This document shows, in pieces, positions 63,317 through 64,000 of a stretch of DNA of 64,000 nt; the stretch's first letter is position 1; each line of letters begins with the position of its first letter. The stretch lies in contig CAWEDJ010000069.1 of NCBI GenBank assembly GCA_963807635.1, positions 1-64,000 on the forward strand, written 5' to 3'. The position numbers were made by a program, and so were the translations under genes. Below the pieces are notes generated by a model. That model saw nothing but the letters and a program-made list of their open reading frames with translations, was not told where the DNA came from and did not search any database. The DNA comes from an uncultured cyanobacterium (GTDB lineage Bacteria > Cyanobacteriota > Cyanobacteriia > Cyanobacteriales > Microcystaceae).

Positions 63317-64000
63317 GAGCTTGCTGAAAAAAGCTGAAAGCCTTATAAGAAAAGAGATGAGGGGATTTAGAGAGCAAAAAAAGTGCAAAAAAAAGGTCTA
63401 AAATGAGTGAAAAGGCTTGCACCCCTCCCCTTCCAGAGCATTGAACGATGTACCCCAAAAAAGAATCCGAAAAATCGACTGTTGAAAACTTCAAAATACC
63501 AAGTGAGTGGAAGCCAAAAGAAGAAAATCGTTGGGTAATCATGTCAAAAATAATTCCGTGGGAGGAATTTGAAGAAGAATATGCAAAACAATTTTCAGAA
63601 AATAAAGGAGCGACAGCCAAACCATTTAGGATGGCATTAGGGTCATTAATAATAAAAGAAATATTGAGAATAAGTGACCGAGAAACAGTAGAACAAATAA
63701 AAGAAAACCCTTACTTACAATATTTTATAGGACTAGAAGTATATGAAAATGAGGAGGCATTTGATGCGTCACTGTTAGTACATTTCTGTCAAAGAATAGG
63801 AATGGACTTGGTGAATCAAATAAATAAAGCAATGGTAAAAAAAGAAGAAGAAATATTATCAGAAGTAAAAGAAAAAAGTGAAGGGGAAAATCAGAATAGA
63901 GGAAAGCTATTAATAGATGCAACCTGTGCACCAGCAGACATCAAATATCCAACAGGTATAGGAATCTTGAATGAGGCAAGAGAAAAAACCGAAAAAATAA
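63317..64000 (+). mobile_element. IS5-family element; transposase ORF from 63448 runs off the window
   Basis: MYPKK...NRWV....IPWEEFE, RMALGSLIIK, SDRETVEQIKENPYLQYFIG, LIDATCAPADIKYP; left end gagcttgctgaaaaa. Confidence 0.9.

Overview
A 64-kb chromosomal window from a unicellular or colonial cyanobacterium. Supporting signs are very frequent HIP1 sites (GCGATCGC), psaK, psb29/thf1, two hli genes, the NsiR4 sRNA and a PEP-CTERM remnant; the gene content looks Synechocystis/Chroococcales-like. The backbone is housekeeping: argF, tadA, glpX, glgA, uvrA, rpsU, prs, bioD, mazG, aroH, pacS, ABC transporters and four tRNAs. Interspersed are immunity-like accessory genes: a TIR-TM-WD40 protein with ~16 near-identical repeats, a Bell-like/amyloid-motif ORF joined in frame through a single TGA to an NB-ARC-TPR NLR, a TPR + AAA-ATPase pair, a NACHT protein carrying 51 consecutive NNC/NNT codons, a CBS-HEPN fusion and several toxin-antitoxin modules or remnants. 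The window ends in three nested IS elements inside a PEP-CTERM gene. Many genes, including essential ones, carry single-base frameshifts, often next to GGCC, which most likely are long-read consensus errors. No CRISPR array, rRNA, integrase or reverse transcriptase was seen. The best candidate for an undescribed system is the effector-amyloid motif-TGA(CTA)-NLR locus at 12136-15103, where stop-codon readthrough could yield both the free effector and the receptor from one reading frame. All family calls are from motif recognition by eye, not database searches.
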